Positions 49,522-59,943 of a stretch of 64,000 bases of DNA are shown here, one piece after another. This DNA is from Candidatus Bathyarchaeota archaeon (GTDB taxonomy: Archaea > Thermoproteota > Bathyarchaeia > TCS64). The number at the start of each line of letters is the position of its first letter. Positions within the stretch are counted from its first letter, which is position 1. Both the position numbers and the translations under genes were made by a program. The DNA lies in the NCBI GenBank assembly GCA_963771885.1, contig CAVYVF010000002.1:320001-384000 (forward strand), given 5' to 3'. The notes below the pieces were generated by a model. The model ran no database searches, was not told the DNA's origin, and was given only the letters and a program-made list of their open reading frames with translations.

Positions 49522-49944
49522 ATGAGTAAGAGAACAGGGAAGAGGAGAGTTATACCACGACGCAGAATAAGCGGAGGCCTCACGTCTGGCTCCGTCTTCA
49601 TCTGCGCGGATAACAGTGGTGCACGCGTACTTCGACTCATTCAGGTCTTCGGCTACAAAGGACGCCGCCGCAGGCTCCCGATAGCCAGCGTAGGCGACCT
49701 ATGTATGGTCAGCTGCCGAGAAGGCACGCCCGAGATGAGGCGCCAGATGTTCAACGCGGTAATAGTCCGCCAGAGAAAGCCCTACCTGAGGAAGGACGGC
49801 ACCTGGATACAGTTCGAGGACAACGCAGCAGTCATACTCACACCGGAGGGCACGCTTAGAGGATCCGACGTAAAGGGTCCCGTAGCGAAGGAAGCCGTAG
49901 AGCGCTTCGCACGCCTCGGAACAACCGCGAGGATGGTCGTGTAA
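49522..49944 (+). CDS. rpl14: 50S ribosomal protein uL14
   Basis: CADNSGA, FEDNAAV, GPVAKE. Confidence 0.97.
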   Translation: MSKRTGKRRVIPRRRISGGLTSGSVFICADNSGARVLRLIQVFGYKGRRRRLPIASVGDLCMVSCREGTPEMRRQMFNAVIVRQRKPYLRKDGTWIQFEDNAAVILTPEGTLRGSDVKGPVAKEAVERFARLGTTARMVV

Positions 49945-50324
49945 TGAACAAAGTAGGTAACACAAAGCCATCGACAGTGAGAAAGCAGCAGAGAAACGCA
50001 CCCAATCACATCAGGAGAAAGTACATATCTGCACCACTATCACCCGCCCTCAAGACACAGTACGGTGCAAAAACCATGACTGTAGTCGAGGACGACACGG
50101 TCTCAATCACGAAGGGCGACAGAAAACTAGCTGAGGGTAAGGTACTGAGGGTCAACACCAAGGATTCCAAGGTCTACGTCGAGGGCGTCACCAGGACACG
50201 CCTCGACGGATCGACAGTCCAGATCCCCGTACGAGCCGAGAACGTAATGATCACGAAGCTCAACCTCGATGATAACCGCCGAAAGGCGATTCTCGAGAGG
50301 AAGGGCTTCAAGAAGGAGGAGTAA
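49944..50324 (+). CDS. rpl24: 50S ribosomal protein uL24
   Basis: APNHIRRK..SAPLS, KOW-like region, NVMITKL. Confidence 0.95.
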   Translation: MNKVGNTKPSTVRKQQRNAPNHIRRKYISAPLSPALKTQYGAKTMTVVEDDTVSITKGDRKLAEGKVLRVNTKDSKVYVEGVTRTRLDGSTVQIPVRAENVMITKLNLDDNRRKAILERKGFKKEE

Positions 50325-50326
50325 GA

Positions 50327-51058
50327 ATGGGAAGAAAAGGGCCAACACGACACTTAAAGAGGCAGCAGGCGCCAACGTTCTGGACAATAAAAAGGAAGGA
50401 AGCCATCTGGTCCATCAATACAAGTCCCGGACCTCACAACTTCGGCTCATCTATCCCCATAACCGTCTTACTTCGTGACATGCTCAACTACGCGACGACG
50501 CGCAAGGAAGCCTCGCAGATCTCGAACCAGGGCAAAATAAAAATCGACGGAAAGCTACGCCTCGACGATAAGTTCCCCGTTGGGCTCATGGACGTCGTAT
50601 CCCTGCCAGATGCAAGTGAGAGCTATCGCGTACTACCCGCCAAGGGCGGACGTCTCAAACTACACCAAATAAAAGGCGATGAAATAAGTTTCAAGCTCTG
50701 CAGGATCATCGGAAAGACTATTCTGAGGAACAACGTTACACAGCTGCGGCTACACGACGGCAGGACGCTTGTCGTTCCCGCCGGAAGCCCCTACAAGGTG
50801 AACGACGTCCTCAAGATCAAGATCCCCTCCCAGGAGATAATGGAGCATATAGCCTTCAAGGACCAGCTCCAGATCATCATCACCGGAGGAAGATCTCAGG
50901 GCGAGACTGGCATGATAATCGGCTTCGGCGACGAGCCAGGATGGAAAAAGACCGCCACAGTCCGAACGCCGAGCGGAGAAGACATACGCACACTAACAAA
51001 GTATGTCTTCCCGATCGGGACAACAGAGTCCCTGATATCACTACCGGAGAGTCAATGA
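50327..51058 (+). CDS. rps4e: 30S ribosomal protein eS4
   Basis: HLKR, PGPH, FPVGLMDV, KLCRI, LHDGR. Confidence 0.96.
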   Translation: MGRKGPTRHLKRQQAPTFWTIKRKEAIWSINTSPGPHNFGSSIPITVLLRDMLNYATTRKEASQISNQGKIKIDGKLRLDDKFPVGLMDVVSLPDASESYRVLPAKGGRLKLHQIKGDEISFKLCRIIGKTILRNNVTQLRLHDGRTLVVPAGSPYKVNDVLKIKIPSQEIMEHIAFKDQLQIIITGGRSQGETGMIIGFGDEPGWKKTATVRTPSGEDIRTLTKYVFPIGTTESLISLPESQ

Positions 51059-51059
51059 T

Positions 51060-51600
51060 ATGTCAACCGAAATCGTAGAGACCAACCCTATGAGGGCTCT
51101 AAGGATCGGTAAAGTCGTGGTCAATATTGGAGTGGGCGCCTCAGGCGACCCCCTCGACCACGCACAAACCATCATGGAGCAACTAACAGGGCAAAAACCC
51201 TGCCAGAGATTCGCGAAGCAGACCATCAGGGGCTTCAACATCAGGAAGAAGGAGCCAATCGCCTGCATGGTCACGCTCCGCAGAGAAAAGGCAGAAGAGT
51301 TCCTAAGTAGGGCTTTCGTAGCCGTCGGCAAGAAGATCAAAGTCCAAGAGCTTCGACAAAATGGGCAACTTCGCCTTCGGCATAAAGGAGCACATCGACA
51401 TCCCCGGCACAAGATACGACCCCGTCCTGGGGATCACGGGGATGGACGTAATGGTCACACTGGAGCGCGCCGGCTATCACATAGACGAGAAGAAGCGCGC
51501 ACGTGCCAAGATAGGCAAGAACCATAAGGTCACACCCGAGGAATCGATGAAGTTCATCACAGCGAAATACGGCGTCGAGGTGGGAGCAGCCAATGAGTGA
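51060..51600 (+). CDS. rpl5: 50S ribosomal protein uL5; +1 indel near 51340
   Basis: [17 protein letters not shown], then [17 protein letters not shown] in the next frame. Confidence 0.95.
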
Positions 51601-51748
51601 GCAGAAGAAACGCACAACAGGACCAGGTAGCAGAGCATGCATCAGATGCGGCACTCACAACGGCCTCATCCGACGCTACGGCCTCAGCATCTGCAGAAAA
51701 TGCTTCAGAGAGGTAGCCCCAGCGATGGGCTTCAAGAAGTACAGGTGA
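51593..51748 (+). CDS. rps14: 30S ribosomal protein uS14 (Zn-binding; missed by ORF track)
   Basis: Manual translation: [11 protein letters not shown]...[26 protein letters not shown]. Confidence 0.95.
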   Translation: MSEQKKRTTGPGSRACIRCGTHNGLIRRYGLSICRKCFREVAPAMGFKKYR

Positions 51749-51753
51749 TATGA

Positions 51754-52137
51754 ATGGACCCACTAGTTAACGCACTAAACACGATAATGAACCACGAGGG
51801 AAGGCGTAAGAATGAATGCATAGTCACCCCCGCCTCCGGCCTCGTAGGCAGGGTCCTCCGCCTCATCCAGCAGAAGGGCTACATAGGCGAGATCGAGTTC
51901 ATCGACGACGGCAGGCAGGGCAAGTTCCGCGTCCAGCTCTTCGGTCGCATCAATGAGTGCAAGGCTGTCCAGCCTCGCTACTCAACAAAGGTCAAGGAGA
52001 TGGAGAAGTGGGAGAAGCGCTTCCTCCCGAGCCGAGACCTTGGAGCGGTCATACTATCAACCCCAAAAGGTGTCATCGACCACCGACAAGCCAAGGAGCT
52101 CAACGTCGGCGGCGTCGTGATAGCCTACGTCTACTAA
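51754..52137 (+). CDS. rps8: 30S ribosomal protein uS8
   Basis: DPLVNAL, GYIGE, DDGRQG, GRIN, STPKG. Confidence 0.96.
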   Translation: MDPLVNALNTIMNHEGRRKNECIVTPASGLVGRVLRLIQQKGYIGEIEFIDDGRQGKFRVQLFGRINECKAVQPRYSTKVKEMEKWEKRFLPSRDLGAVILSTPKGVIDHRQAKELNVGGVVIAYVY

Positions 52138-52148
52138 GGTGAGATAAA

Positions 52149-52682
52149 GTGTCTGTACAAGTAGTTGAAAAAACGGTTGAGATCCCAGAGAACGTACAGC
52201 TGACCTTAGATGGTAGGAAGATCACGGTACAGGGACCCAAAGGCAAGATCGTGAAGGACTTCACACACACCAAGCTCAACATGTCGATGGAGGGCAACCT
52301 CCTAAGGCTCAGCGTCGAGAACCCGCGCAGGACCGAAGCGGCCCTCGTTGGGACGATCAGCGCCCATGTCAAGAACATGATAAAAGGCGTGAGCCATGGC
52401 TGGGTCTACAAAATGAAGATCGTTTTCGTCCACTTCCCCACCGCCGTAAAGGTCGTTGGTAAAAAAGTCACTATTGAGAACTTCGTCGGCGAGAGGAAGG
52501 CACGCATCGCCGACGTAATCGGAGACACAAAAATCACAATAAAGCAGGATGATATCATCCTAGAAGGCATCGATATAGAAGAGGTCAGCCAGACGGCCGC
52601 CAACATACAGTCCCGAGCAAAGGTACACAATAAGGACCTGAGAAAGTTCCTAGACGGTATATACGTCTACAGCAGGGAGTGA
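52149..52682 (+). CDS. rpl6: 50S ribosomal protein uL6
   Basis: GPKG, NMIKGV, HFP, NFVGE, DLRKFLDGIY. Confidence 0.96.
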   Translation: MSVQVVEKTVEIPENVQLTLDGRKITVQGPKGKIVKDFTHTKLNMSMEGNLLRLSVENPRRTEAALVGTISAHVKNMIKGVSHGWVYKMKIVFVHFPTAVKVVGKKVTIENFVGERKARIADVIGDTKITIKQDDIILEGIDIEEVSQTAANIQSRAKVHNKDLRKFLDGIYVYSRE

Positions 52683-52689
52683 ATGAAAG

Positions 52690-53121
52690 ATGAGTGACAC
52701 CGAAAAGAGAAGACTACTCAAGGTCAGGAAGAGACTCAACCAGAGCAGGCCAAAGTTCCACGCCTTCGAGTCTTGGCGATTCATAAAGATCAAGCCGCGC
52801 TGGAGAAAGCCCCGCGGAATCGACAACAAGATGCGCACAAACGAGCGCGGCTGGCCCAAGGTAGCCAACATCGGCTGGGGCGGCCCCGCCGCAGTACGCG
52901 GACTGCATCCCTCCGGGAAGGAAGAGATCTTAATCGCAACGGTAATAGACCTCAAGGCAGTAAAGCCAGAGACTCAGGTCGCCAGGATAAGCAGAACCGT
53001 AGGCGGAAAGAAGAGGGCAATGATACTCGAGGAAGCCGAAAAGCTCGGCATAAAGATCCTAAATACGAGAGCCAAGCCGAAGCCCTCCGACTTCGAGAAA
53101 CTTGAGGAGGAAAAGCAATGA
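52690..53121 (+). CDS. rpl32e: 50S ribosomal protein eL32
   Basis: WRKPRGIDNKMR, RGLHPSG. Confidence 0.96.
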   Translation: MSDTEKRRLLKVRKRLNQSRPKFHAFESWRFIKIKPRWRKPRGIDNKMRTNERGWPKVANIGWGGPAAVRGLHPSGKEEILIATVIDLKAVKPETQVARISRTVGGKKRAMILEEAEKLGIKILNTRAKPKPSDFEKLEEEKQ

Positions 53122-53576
53122 ACCTCACAAACCAGCGAAGACTAGCAGCTTCCCTCCTCGAGGTCGGCGTCAACCGCGTCTGGATAAACCCCGAAAAGAT
53201 CGAGGACGTCGAAGGCGCTATCACGAGAGACGAGATAAGGAAACTCATCAGGGAAGGCACGATAAAAGCACTCCCAGAGAACGGCACGAGCCGTGGACGT
53301 GCGAGAGTCCTCGCCCAGAAGAAGCGTACCGGCCGTAGGATCGGTTCGGGTACAAAGAAGGGCAAGGCGTTCGCAGAGGTCTCGGAGAAGACCCGCTGGA
53401 TGAATCGCATACGCGCCTTACGCAGGAAACTCACGGAGCTCCGCGACCAACGCGTCATCACAGTCGGCACCTACCGCAACCTCTACATGAAGGCGAAGGG
53501 CGGAGAGTTCCGCAGCCTCGCCGAGCTGGATAGGCACATAAATGAGCAGAAACTAAGGAGGCGCACCTTTGGCTAA
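53118..53576 (+). CDS. rpl19e: 50S ribosomal protein eL19
   Basis: QRRLAA, RVWI, AITRDEIR, LYMKAKGG. Confidence 0.96.
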   Translation: MNLTNQRRLAASLLEVGVNRVWINPEKIEDVEGAITRDEIRKLIREGTIKALPENGTSRGRARVLAQKKRTGRRIGSGTKKGKAFAEVSEKTRWMNRIRALRRKLTELRDQRVITVGTYRNLYMKAKGGEFRSLAELDRHINEQKLRRRTFG

Positions 53577-54153
53577 AGACGCACGATACAGAGTCGCATA
53601 CAGGCGAAGAAGGCAGCAGAAGACCGACTACCAGGCGAGGAGGATACTTGCCACTTCCGAGAACCCACGCTTCGTCGTGAGGGCCTCAAACAAGGGTATA
53701 CTCGCACAGGTAGTCAAAGCTGAGCTGATAGGAGACAAGGTACTGACGCAAGCAGCCTCCAACGAGCTAGTCAGCAAGTACGGATGGCAAGCAAGCGGGA
53801 AGAGCATCCCCGCGGGCTACCTCTTGGGACTCATCGCCGGACACAAGGCGATCAAGGAGGGCATAGAAACCGCGTATCTAGACCTCGGGCTCAAGAGACC
53901 CACTAAGGGCTCTAAAATATTCGCTGTGGTCAAAGGCGCGATCGACGCTGGGCTTAATATCCCCTGCGACAGCGACATCATCCCACCGCCGGAGAGAATA
54001 AACGGCGGAGATATCGCAAAATATGCTCAGGTCATCGACTCTGAAGGTTACGAGAAGTACTTTTCGGTCTACCTCAGGAAGAGTCTTAGGCCAGAGCAGC
54101 TCCCCGAGCATTTCGAGGAGACGAAGAAGAAGATCCAGGAGGACTGGGCGTAA
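53569..54153 (+). CDS. rpl18: 50S ribosomal protein uL18
   Basis: RRRRQQKTDY, YLLG, LDLGL, KGAIDAGL. Confidence 0.96.
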   Translation: MAKDARYRVAYRRRRQQKTDYQARRILATSENPRFVVRASNKGILAQVVKAELIGDKVLTQAASNELVSKYGWQASGKSIPAGYLLGLIAGHKAIKEGIETAYLDLGLKRPTKGSKIFAVVKGAIDAGLNIPCDSDIIPPPERINGGDIAKYAQVIDSEGYEKYFSVYLRKSLRPEQLPEHFEETKKKIQEDWA

Positions 54154-54797
54154 TGAGCAGAGAATACGATAGGGAAGGCCCGTCACTAGAGGACTGGGTG
54201 CCCCGTACACAGCTGGGCAAGATGGTCAAGGAAGGCCAGATCACCTCCATACAGGACATCTTCCGCGAGGGCTACAAGGTCAGGGAGGTTGAGGTAATCG
54301 ACTTTCTTGTCCAGGACCTCAAGGACGAGGTCATCGACATCGCTATGGTCCAGAAGCAGACAGACGCCGGCGAGAACTCCAGGTTCCGCGCCGTCGTCGC
54401 AGTCGGCAACGGTAACGGTCTCATCGGGCTCGGAACCGGAAAGGCCAAGCGTGTCCGAAACGCCATCGAGAAGGGAATCCGCATGGCAAAGCTCAACCTC
54501 TACCCCATAAAGAGGGGCTGCGGCAGCTGGGAGTGCGGATGCGGCGAGACACACTCACTACCCTTCCGCGTCGACGGCAAGGCGGGAAGCGTCGTGCTAA
54601 CGCTGCTCCCAGGCCCCCAGGGCCTCGGCCTCGTCGTAGGCGACACCGCTAAGGTCGTCCTTCAGCTAGCGGGCATCAAAGACTGCTGGTCAAAGGCGAC
54701 GGGCACGACGACAACAACTACCTCATTCGCATTCGCAACATTCGAGGCACTCAAGCAGACCGGTAAGATCATGACACCCCAGGAGTGGACCGCGTAA
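54153..54797 (+). CDS. rps5: 30S ribosomal protein uS5
   Basis: WVPRTQLG, QKQTDAG, RGCGSWEC. Confidence 0.97.
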   Translation: MSREYDREGPSLEDWVPRTQLGKMVKEGQITSIQDIFREGYKVREVEVIDFLVQDLKDEVIDIAMVQKQTDAGENSRFRAVVAVGNGNGLIGLGTGKAKRVRNAIEKGIRMAKLNLYPIKRGCGSWECGCGETHSLPFRVDGKAGSVVLTLLPGPQGLGLVVGDTAKVVLQLAGIKDCWSKATGTTTTTTSFAFATFEALKQTGKIMTPQEWTA

Positions 54798-54798
54798 A

Positions 54799-55272
54799 AT
54801 GACCGGCAAGACACTTTATGTAGTACGCATCAGAGGTGGAGTCGATGCCCGGAAGACCGTAGAAGCCACACTGACGATGCTCCGTATGGAACGCAACAAC
54901 TACGCCACCATACTGAGGGAGAATCCCTCATACATCGGCATGCTCAGAAAGGTCAAGGACTACGTCACCTGGGGCGAGCCCACTGCCGAGACGGTGAAGC
55001 TCCTCCTCGAGACGCGGGGAAAGCTCGTTGGCGAGGAGAAGGTTACCGACGAGGCGCTGAAGAACCTCGGATACGACAGCGTCGAGGCGCTCTCGAATGC
55101 AATAGCTTCTGGGGCGGTAGAGTTCAGCCAACTCAACGGCGTCAAACCTTTCTTCAGGATGCACCCACCAAAGAAGGGCTTCAAGAAGACCGTTAAACGT
55201 CCCTACAGGGACCGCGGCGAGCTCGGCTACAGGGGAGAAGCCATAAACGAGCTCATTAAGAGGATGTGCTAA
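54799..55272 (+). CDS. rpl30: 50S ribosomal protein uL30
   Basis: VRIRG, GMLRKVKDYVTWGE, HPPKKG, GELGYRG. Confidence 0.96.
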   Translation: MTGKTLYVVRIRGGVDARKTVEATLTMLRMERNNYATILRENPSYIGMLRKVKDYVTWGEPTAETVKLLLETRGKLVGEEKVTDEALKNLGYDSVEALSNAIASGAVEFSQLNGVKPFFRMHPPKKGFKKTVKRPYRDRGELGYRGEAINELIKRMC

Positions 55273-55289
55273 AAGGAGAGAATTGAAAG

Positions 55290-55715
55290 ATGCCTCACGA
55301 TCTAAGAAGAACACGCAGATACCGTGGATCGAGATACTGCGGCTGGGGCCAGGTAGGCCAGCACCGCAAGTCCGGCAGCCGAGGAGGAAAAGGTTTCGCC
55401 GGAGGCCACAAGCACTTCTGGATCCAGACAGTGAAGTACAACCCGAACCGCTTTAGGCGCATCGGTTTCGTACCACCATCGTCGCTTGAGCCCATGCCTG
55501 CAACGATAAACGTCGGAGAGCTAGAAGCACTAGCTGCAAAGATCCTCGGTGTAGACTCGGTGAAGAGCGGAGTAGAACTGGACCTCAGAGAGGTTGGGAT
55601 AGGAAAGCTTCTCGGGAGGGGAAGCATCTCGACTGCCCTCAAGGTCCGTGTCGAGTCCGCCTCTGCGGGTGCCAAAACTAAATTAGAGGAAGCCGGCGGC
55701 TCTATAGTAGAGTGA
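55290..55715 (+). CDS. rpl15: 50S ribosomal protein uL15
   Basis: RGSR..GWG, GSRGGKG, KLLGRG, AGG. Confidence 0.96.
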   Translation: MPHDLRRTRRYRGSRYCGWGQVGQHRKSGSRGGKGFAGGHKHFWIQTVKYNPNRFRRIGFVPPSSLEPMPATINVGELEALAAKILGVDSVKSGVELDLREVGIGKLLGRGSISTALKVRVESASAGAKTKLEEAGGSIVE

Positions 55716-57130
55716 TAGCCTTGCGCTTCCTCGAACTCTTCAAACCCATATCGAGAATTATACCGGAGGTAAAGCCGCCGGAGAGGAAGGTCAGCTTCCA
55801 GAACAGACTCATCTGGACCTTCCTCGCGCTTCTCATCTACTTCATCATGTCGGAGATACCGCTCTACGGTATATCTCCTGTAGTAGAGCAAGGTACTTTC
55901 GCTGCATATCGGGTAATCTTCGCTTCTACAAGGGGCACACTTATGGAGCTCGGGATAGGTCCAATAGTTACAGCCGGGCTCATAATACAGCTACTCGCAG
56001 GCTCAGATATCATATCTTTCGATAGGAGTAGCCCAGAAGACCGCGGGCTATTCACTACTGCAAGCAAGTTCTTCTCAATAATCATGATCATCGTACAGGC
56101 TGCTCTTTACATTATAAGTGGTCAGTACGGCACAGTTGCACTTACGCAGTCGTTGCTCATCTTCGGCCAGTTGCTCGCCGCCGGCATCATAATCATGCTG
56201 CTCGATGAGCTCGTCCAGAAGGGCTGGGGCATCGGCAGCGGCATAAGCCTCTTCATCGTCGGTGGGATCACCGCGAACATCTGGTGGATGAGCCTCAGCT
56301 TCATCAACTACGACGGGAGGGCATACGGCGCACTCGTCGCCTTCTTCCAAGGCATACTCAATGGACTCCCTGCACTGGAGTGGTTTTATAGGTCCAACGG
56401 CGCCCCAGACATGGTCGGCTTCTTCACGACGCTAATGGTCTTCGTCTTCGTCATATACATCGAAGGCATGCGCGTCGAGCTACCGATCAGCCACAGCATG
56501 TACCGCGGCTATAGGGGCAGGATGCCAATCAAACTCCTATATGTCTCCAACATCCCCGTCATACTTGCCTACGCACTTTTCGCAAACTTCCAGATGATTG
56601 GACAGTTCGTCTGGAGCCGATGGAACGTCGCTAACGACAACAACTGGCTCAATTGGCTTGGAACATTCACGTACTCGGCCCAGGGGACACCCACCGCGAC
56701 GGGAGGGATCGTCTACTTCATTACAGCACCCGGCACGTTACAGAATGTGCTCAACGCGCCAATTCAGGCGCTGATCTATGCGGTCATCGTCATCGTGTTC
56801 TGCGTAATTTTCAGTATGACGTGGCTCGAGATCGGCGGACTCGGCGCCGAGGACATGGCTGACCAACTCCTCAATTCTGGCATGCAGATCTCAGGATTCA
56901 GGAGGAACAAGCAGCCTATAGTTGCCCTGCTTAACAGGTACATCCCTACAATCACTATCATCGGCGGAGCAATAGTCGGTGCCCTCGCCGCCTTTTCGGA
57001 CTTCTTCGGAGTCTTCGGAAGCGGAATGGGTGCGCTTCTTGCCGTCAGCATCCTATACCAGTACTATCAGACGATAGTGCAGGAGCAGGTCGCAGACCTC
57101 TATCCGTTCCTGCGCGGCGCACTCGAGTAG
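55712..57130 (+). CDS. secY: Protein translocase SecY/Sec61 alpha
   Basis: MELGIGPIVTAG, GIGSGISLFI, PIKLLYVSNIPVI, ISGFR, RYIP. Confidence 0.97.
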   Translation: MIALRFLELFKPISRIIPEVKPPERKVSFQNRLIWTFLALLIYFIMSEIPLYGISPVVEQGTFAAYRVIFASTRGTLMELGIGPIVTAGLIIQLLAGSDIISFDRSSPEDRGLFTTASKFFSIIMIIVQAALYIISGQYGTVALTQSLLIFGQLLAAGIIIMLLDELVQKGWGIGSGISLFIVGGITANIWWMSLSFINYDGRAYGALVAFFQGILNGLPALEWFYRSNGAPDMVGFFTTLMVFVFVIYIEGMRVELPISHSMYRGYRGRMPIKLLYVSNIPVILAYALFANFQMIGQFVWSRWNVANDNNWLNWLGTFTYSAQGTPTATGGIVYFITAPGTLQNVLNAPIQALIYAVIVIVFCVIFSMTWLEIGGLGAEDMADQLLNSGMQISGFRRNKQPIVALLNRYIPTITIIGGAIVGALAAFSDFFGVFGSGMGALLAVSILYQYYQTIVQEQVADLYPFLRGALE

Positions 57131-57517
57131 AACCTGAACCCCTTATTCATCCTCGGGGCATTTTTATGTCCATAATGTTGAGACCTCTCTTATTATAAGG
57201 CGTAAGAAATCGCTTAACCAAACGGAGCCCGAAAACGGCTCCTTTCGGGTAGCAACCCTCCCCCATTACACATTGATGTTAAAAATTGAGTTTGAAAGAG
57301 GCGTTTTTCGGGTTTCTTCCAAAACACGGATAGAATCATTGTACATCGGCGTTTCGTTGATGACTATCAGCATAACCATGAATTATCCGATACCGGCTTC
57401 TAGTCTTGAACTTCGATGGATGCGCGTGAAGGTCGCCGTGGACTGCAGAAAAAAAATTGGCGGCAAGTGAACGCGGAACCTTTTTCAGGTCTTCACTTCG
57501 ATATAGGCTCGGTCTAG

Positions 57518-58810
57518 ATGTACCAGCCACCACGAGGCACACGAGACTACCTCCCAGACGAGATGTACAAGAGGAACTGGGTCCTCGAGCAGATACGCGA
57601 TGTCTACGAAGCGTACGGCTTCGAGCCGCTCGGCACACCCGCGTTCGAGAGCTGGGAGCTCCTCAAGCAGAAGAGCGGAGAGGACGTGATCAACCAGATC
57701 TACTACTTCCGCGACAAGGCGGACCGGGAGCTTGGTCTCAGGTTTGACCTGACTACAAGCCTGGCGAGGGTGGTGGCGACGCATAGGGAGCTACAAATGC
57801 CTTTCAAGAGGTATGCTATCGGCACGGTCTGGCGCTATGAGAACCCCACAGAGAAGCGTTTCAGAGAGTTCTGGCAGGCAGACGCCGACACGGTGGGAGT
57901 ATTCGATGTCATCGCGGACGCCGAGGTCCTCTCGGCTGCTGTCGATTGCCTACGCCGGATGGGCTTCGAGGGCTTCGTCATCAAGTTGAACGATCGAAGA
58001 ATTCTAGAAGAGTTCATCCTAAAAACTGGTATCTCGAAGGATCGAATTCTTGAGGCTATTCGTGCCGTTGACAAGCTGCTGAAAATAGGGCGAGACGGTG
58101 TAATAGATGAGCTGAGACGGCTAGCGATCGACCCGGATGAGTCAGCCAAACTACTCGACGCCATCTCCATAACGGGTGACCCAGAGACCATACTAACGAA
58201 CGCTGAAAAGAGGCTTAACGACTCCGAGCTAGGTCTGAAGGGCTGTAAGGCACTTAGGGACATGATCACCTACGCGAAATCGTTCGGGTATGCGGAGTAC
58301 ATCGTAGTCGAGTTGAACCTTGCTAGAGGCCTGGACTATTACACAGGCCCCGTCTTCGAGGTGTCAGCGAAGGGTTACGAGGACTACGGGAGCATAGCCG
58401 GTGGCGGTCGCTACGACGAGATCATTAACATCTTCGGTGGGCAGTCGACTCCCGCAACGGGTATTTCTTTTGGTATAGAGCGTCTCGTTTCCCTATTGGA
58501 GAAGAAGGGCGGATTCGAGAACGTCGTCTTAGGCATCGATATACTTGTGGCTCCAGTGTCCGAGGGTGCAAGGAGCGAAGCGGTCAAGGTGGCTCAGGAA
58601 CTTCGATCCTCTGGCTACTCCACGCTCATTGATCTCATGGGCAGACGTTTCTCTAAGCAGCTAGAATACGCCGACAAGAAGCACGTACGTAAAGTCGTTA
58701 TCCTTGGCGACAAGGAGATCGCTGAAGGCAGTGTGACAATCAAGGACATGGAGACAGGTGAGCAAACAAAGGTCAAGCGCGGTGAGCTACTGGGCTATCT
58801 CCGTTCCTAG
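57518..58810 (+). CDS. hisS: Histidyl-tRNA synthetase
   Basis: PRGTRDY, LRFDLT, RFREFWQ, RGLDYYTG, GGGRYD, GIER. Confidence 0.97.
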   Translation: MYQPPRGTRDYLPDEMYKRNWVLEQIRDVYEAYGFEPLGTPAFESWELLKQKSGEDVINQIYYFRDKADRELGLRFDLTTSLARVVATHRELQMPFKRYAIGTVWRYENPTEKRFREFWQADADTVGVFDVIADAEVLSAAVDCLRRMGFEGFVIKLNDRRILEEFILKTGISKDRILEAIRAVDKLLKIGRDGVIDELRRLAIDPDESAKLLDAISITGDPETILTNAEKRLNDSELGLKGCKALRDMITYAKSFGYAEYIVVELNLARGLDYYTGPVFEVSAKGYEDYGSIAGGGRYDEIINIFGGQSTPATGISFGIERLVSLLEKKGGFENVVLGIDILVAPVSEGARSEAVKVAQELRSSGYSTLIDLMGRRFSKQLEYADKKHVRKVVILGDKEIAEGSVTIKDMETGEQTKVKRGELLGYLRS

Positions 58811-59335
58811 TTTAATGAGATTAGCTTTCTCAAGTCCGTAGTATACAATCTCACCACGCCTATCTATTACCGCGAGCTTAAGAGTCCTGCCTGATTCAGA
58901 GGACTGTTTTAGAGCTATCTCGAGGTCGCCTATAGTTTCATTCATTCCTTCGTAGATGGTGTGTATCTCGTAGCACGGCGGCTTCTTGGAGTAGGTTCCA
59001 CGCTCGTAGACTAGGAAGGTCGAGGATTGATCCGCAGGGGTTTTAGCTACGAACCCACGCCCCCTTATGTCCCTGTAAATTATGTACGTGGTCCAGAGAA
59101 GGGTGTTTCTCTCCAGTTCCCTGTCGAGGATCTCCTGAAAGCTCAGTATCTTTTTCTTGGCCTCGTCGATGACCCAGAGGCGTTCCCTCTCTACTAAGTA
59201 GAGCGCCTCGCTCGGCGTCAGTGCTAATATGGTGCCTTGTCGTCGACCGTAGCCGTCCTGGTAGAGGCTGTCTGCCTCGCCCTGTGTCGGGATTAAGATC
59301 TTTTCACCGGCGTAGACGGCGTTGGCTCGCTGCAC
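58787..59335 (-). CDS. tRNA-splicing endonuclease subunit, probably structural (beta)
   Basis: L..EALYLVE, YRDIRGRGF, VYERG, LAVIDRRGEIVYY; catalytic His/Lys and GxKFG not seen. Confidence 0.8.
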   Translation of the reverse strand: MQRANAVYAGEKILIPTQGEADSLYQDGYGRRQGTILALTPSEALYLVERERLWVIDEAKKKILSFQEILDRELERNTLLWTTYIIYRDIRGRGFVAKTPADQSSTFLVYERGTYSKKPPCYEIHTIYEGMNETIGDLEIALKQSSESGRTLKLAVIDRRGEIVYYGLEKANLIKLGTEIAQ

Positions 59336-59461
59336 AGCTATTCATATGTGTGACTCGGATAAAACCTTGTCACGGCCTTTTTTTGGTGATTTTCTCTGTT
59401 GTTTACCCTACCCTATCTGGGCTGAAAGGTGTCTGAAAAATGTGTCTTTGGAAGCGTTTTC

Positions 59462-59821
59462 CTACTGCGGTGGGGTTTTCCGTATCTCCCAGCGGCTCTC
59501 GCGTCCCTCGCGTATCCATGTGCCACCGAGCGAGCGCATCGATTCGTTGATAGGTCCCCATAGGTCGCCGAGGAACTTCTTGGGGCTCACGAGGGTGACG
59601 TCCTCGCCTTCTTCTATGTTAAGGAGGCTGGTGTCGACCCCAGCGGCTTTGAGCTTCTCGGTGAAACTGGAGGTGGCGGGGGGCCAGTCCTGTGCCTCCT
59701 CCTCGACCGCCTCGGTGTGATGGGTAACGGCGGTTGCCTTTCCTACTGAGAGTATGATGCCTATCTTCGAGCCGCAGTCAGGGCAGGTGAGCCAGATCAC
59801 CTTTGATTCTTCTTTGCTCAA
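59462..59821 (-). CDS. Zn-knuckle hypothetical protein
   Basis: CPDCG N-terminus; C-terminal PKKFLG...GGTWI...RWEI domain. Confidence 0.65.
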   Translation of the reverse strand: MSKEESKVIWLTCPDCGSKIGIILSVGKATAVTHHTEAVEEEAQDWPPATSSFTEKLKAAGVDTSLLNIEEGEDVTLVSPKKFLGDLWGPINESMRSLGGTWIREGRESRWEIRKTPPQ

Positions 59822-59943
59822 GTGGCTGTCGGGTTTTCCTAAACCCGTGCGCTATTAAAGTCTCTGCCGATTAGTATTGGAATTTTTTGGTGAGAAAAAA
59901 TTATTTTAATTACGATGTACAACAATACCTCGGAGGATCTGCT

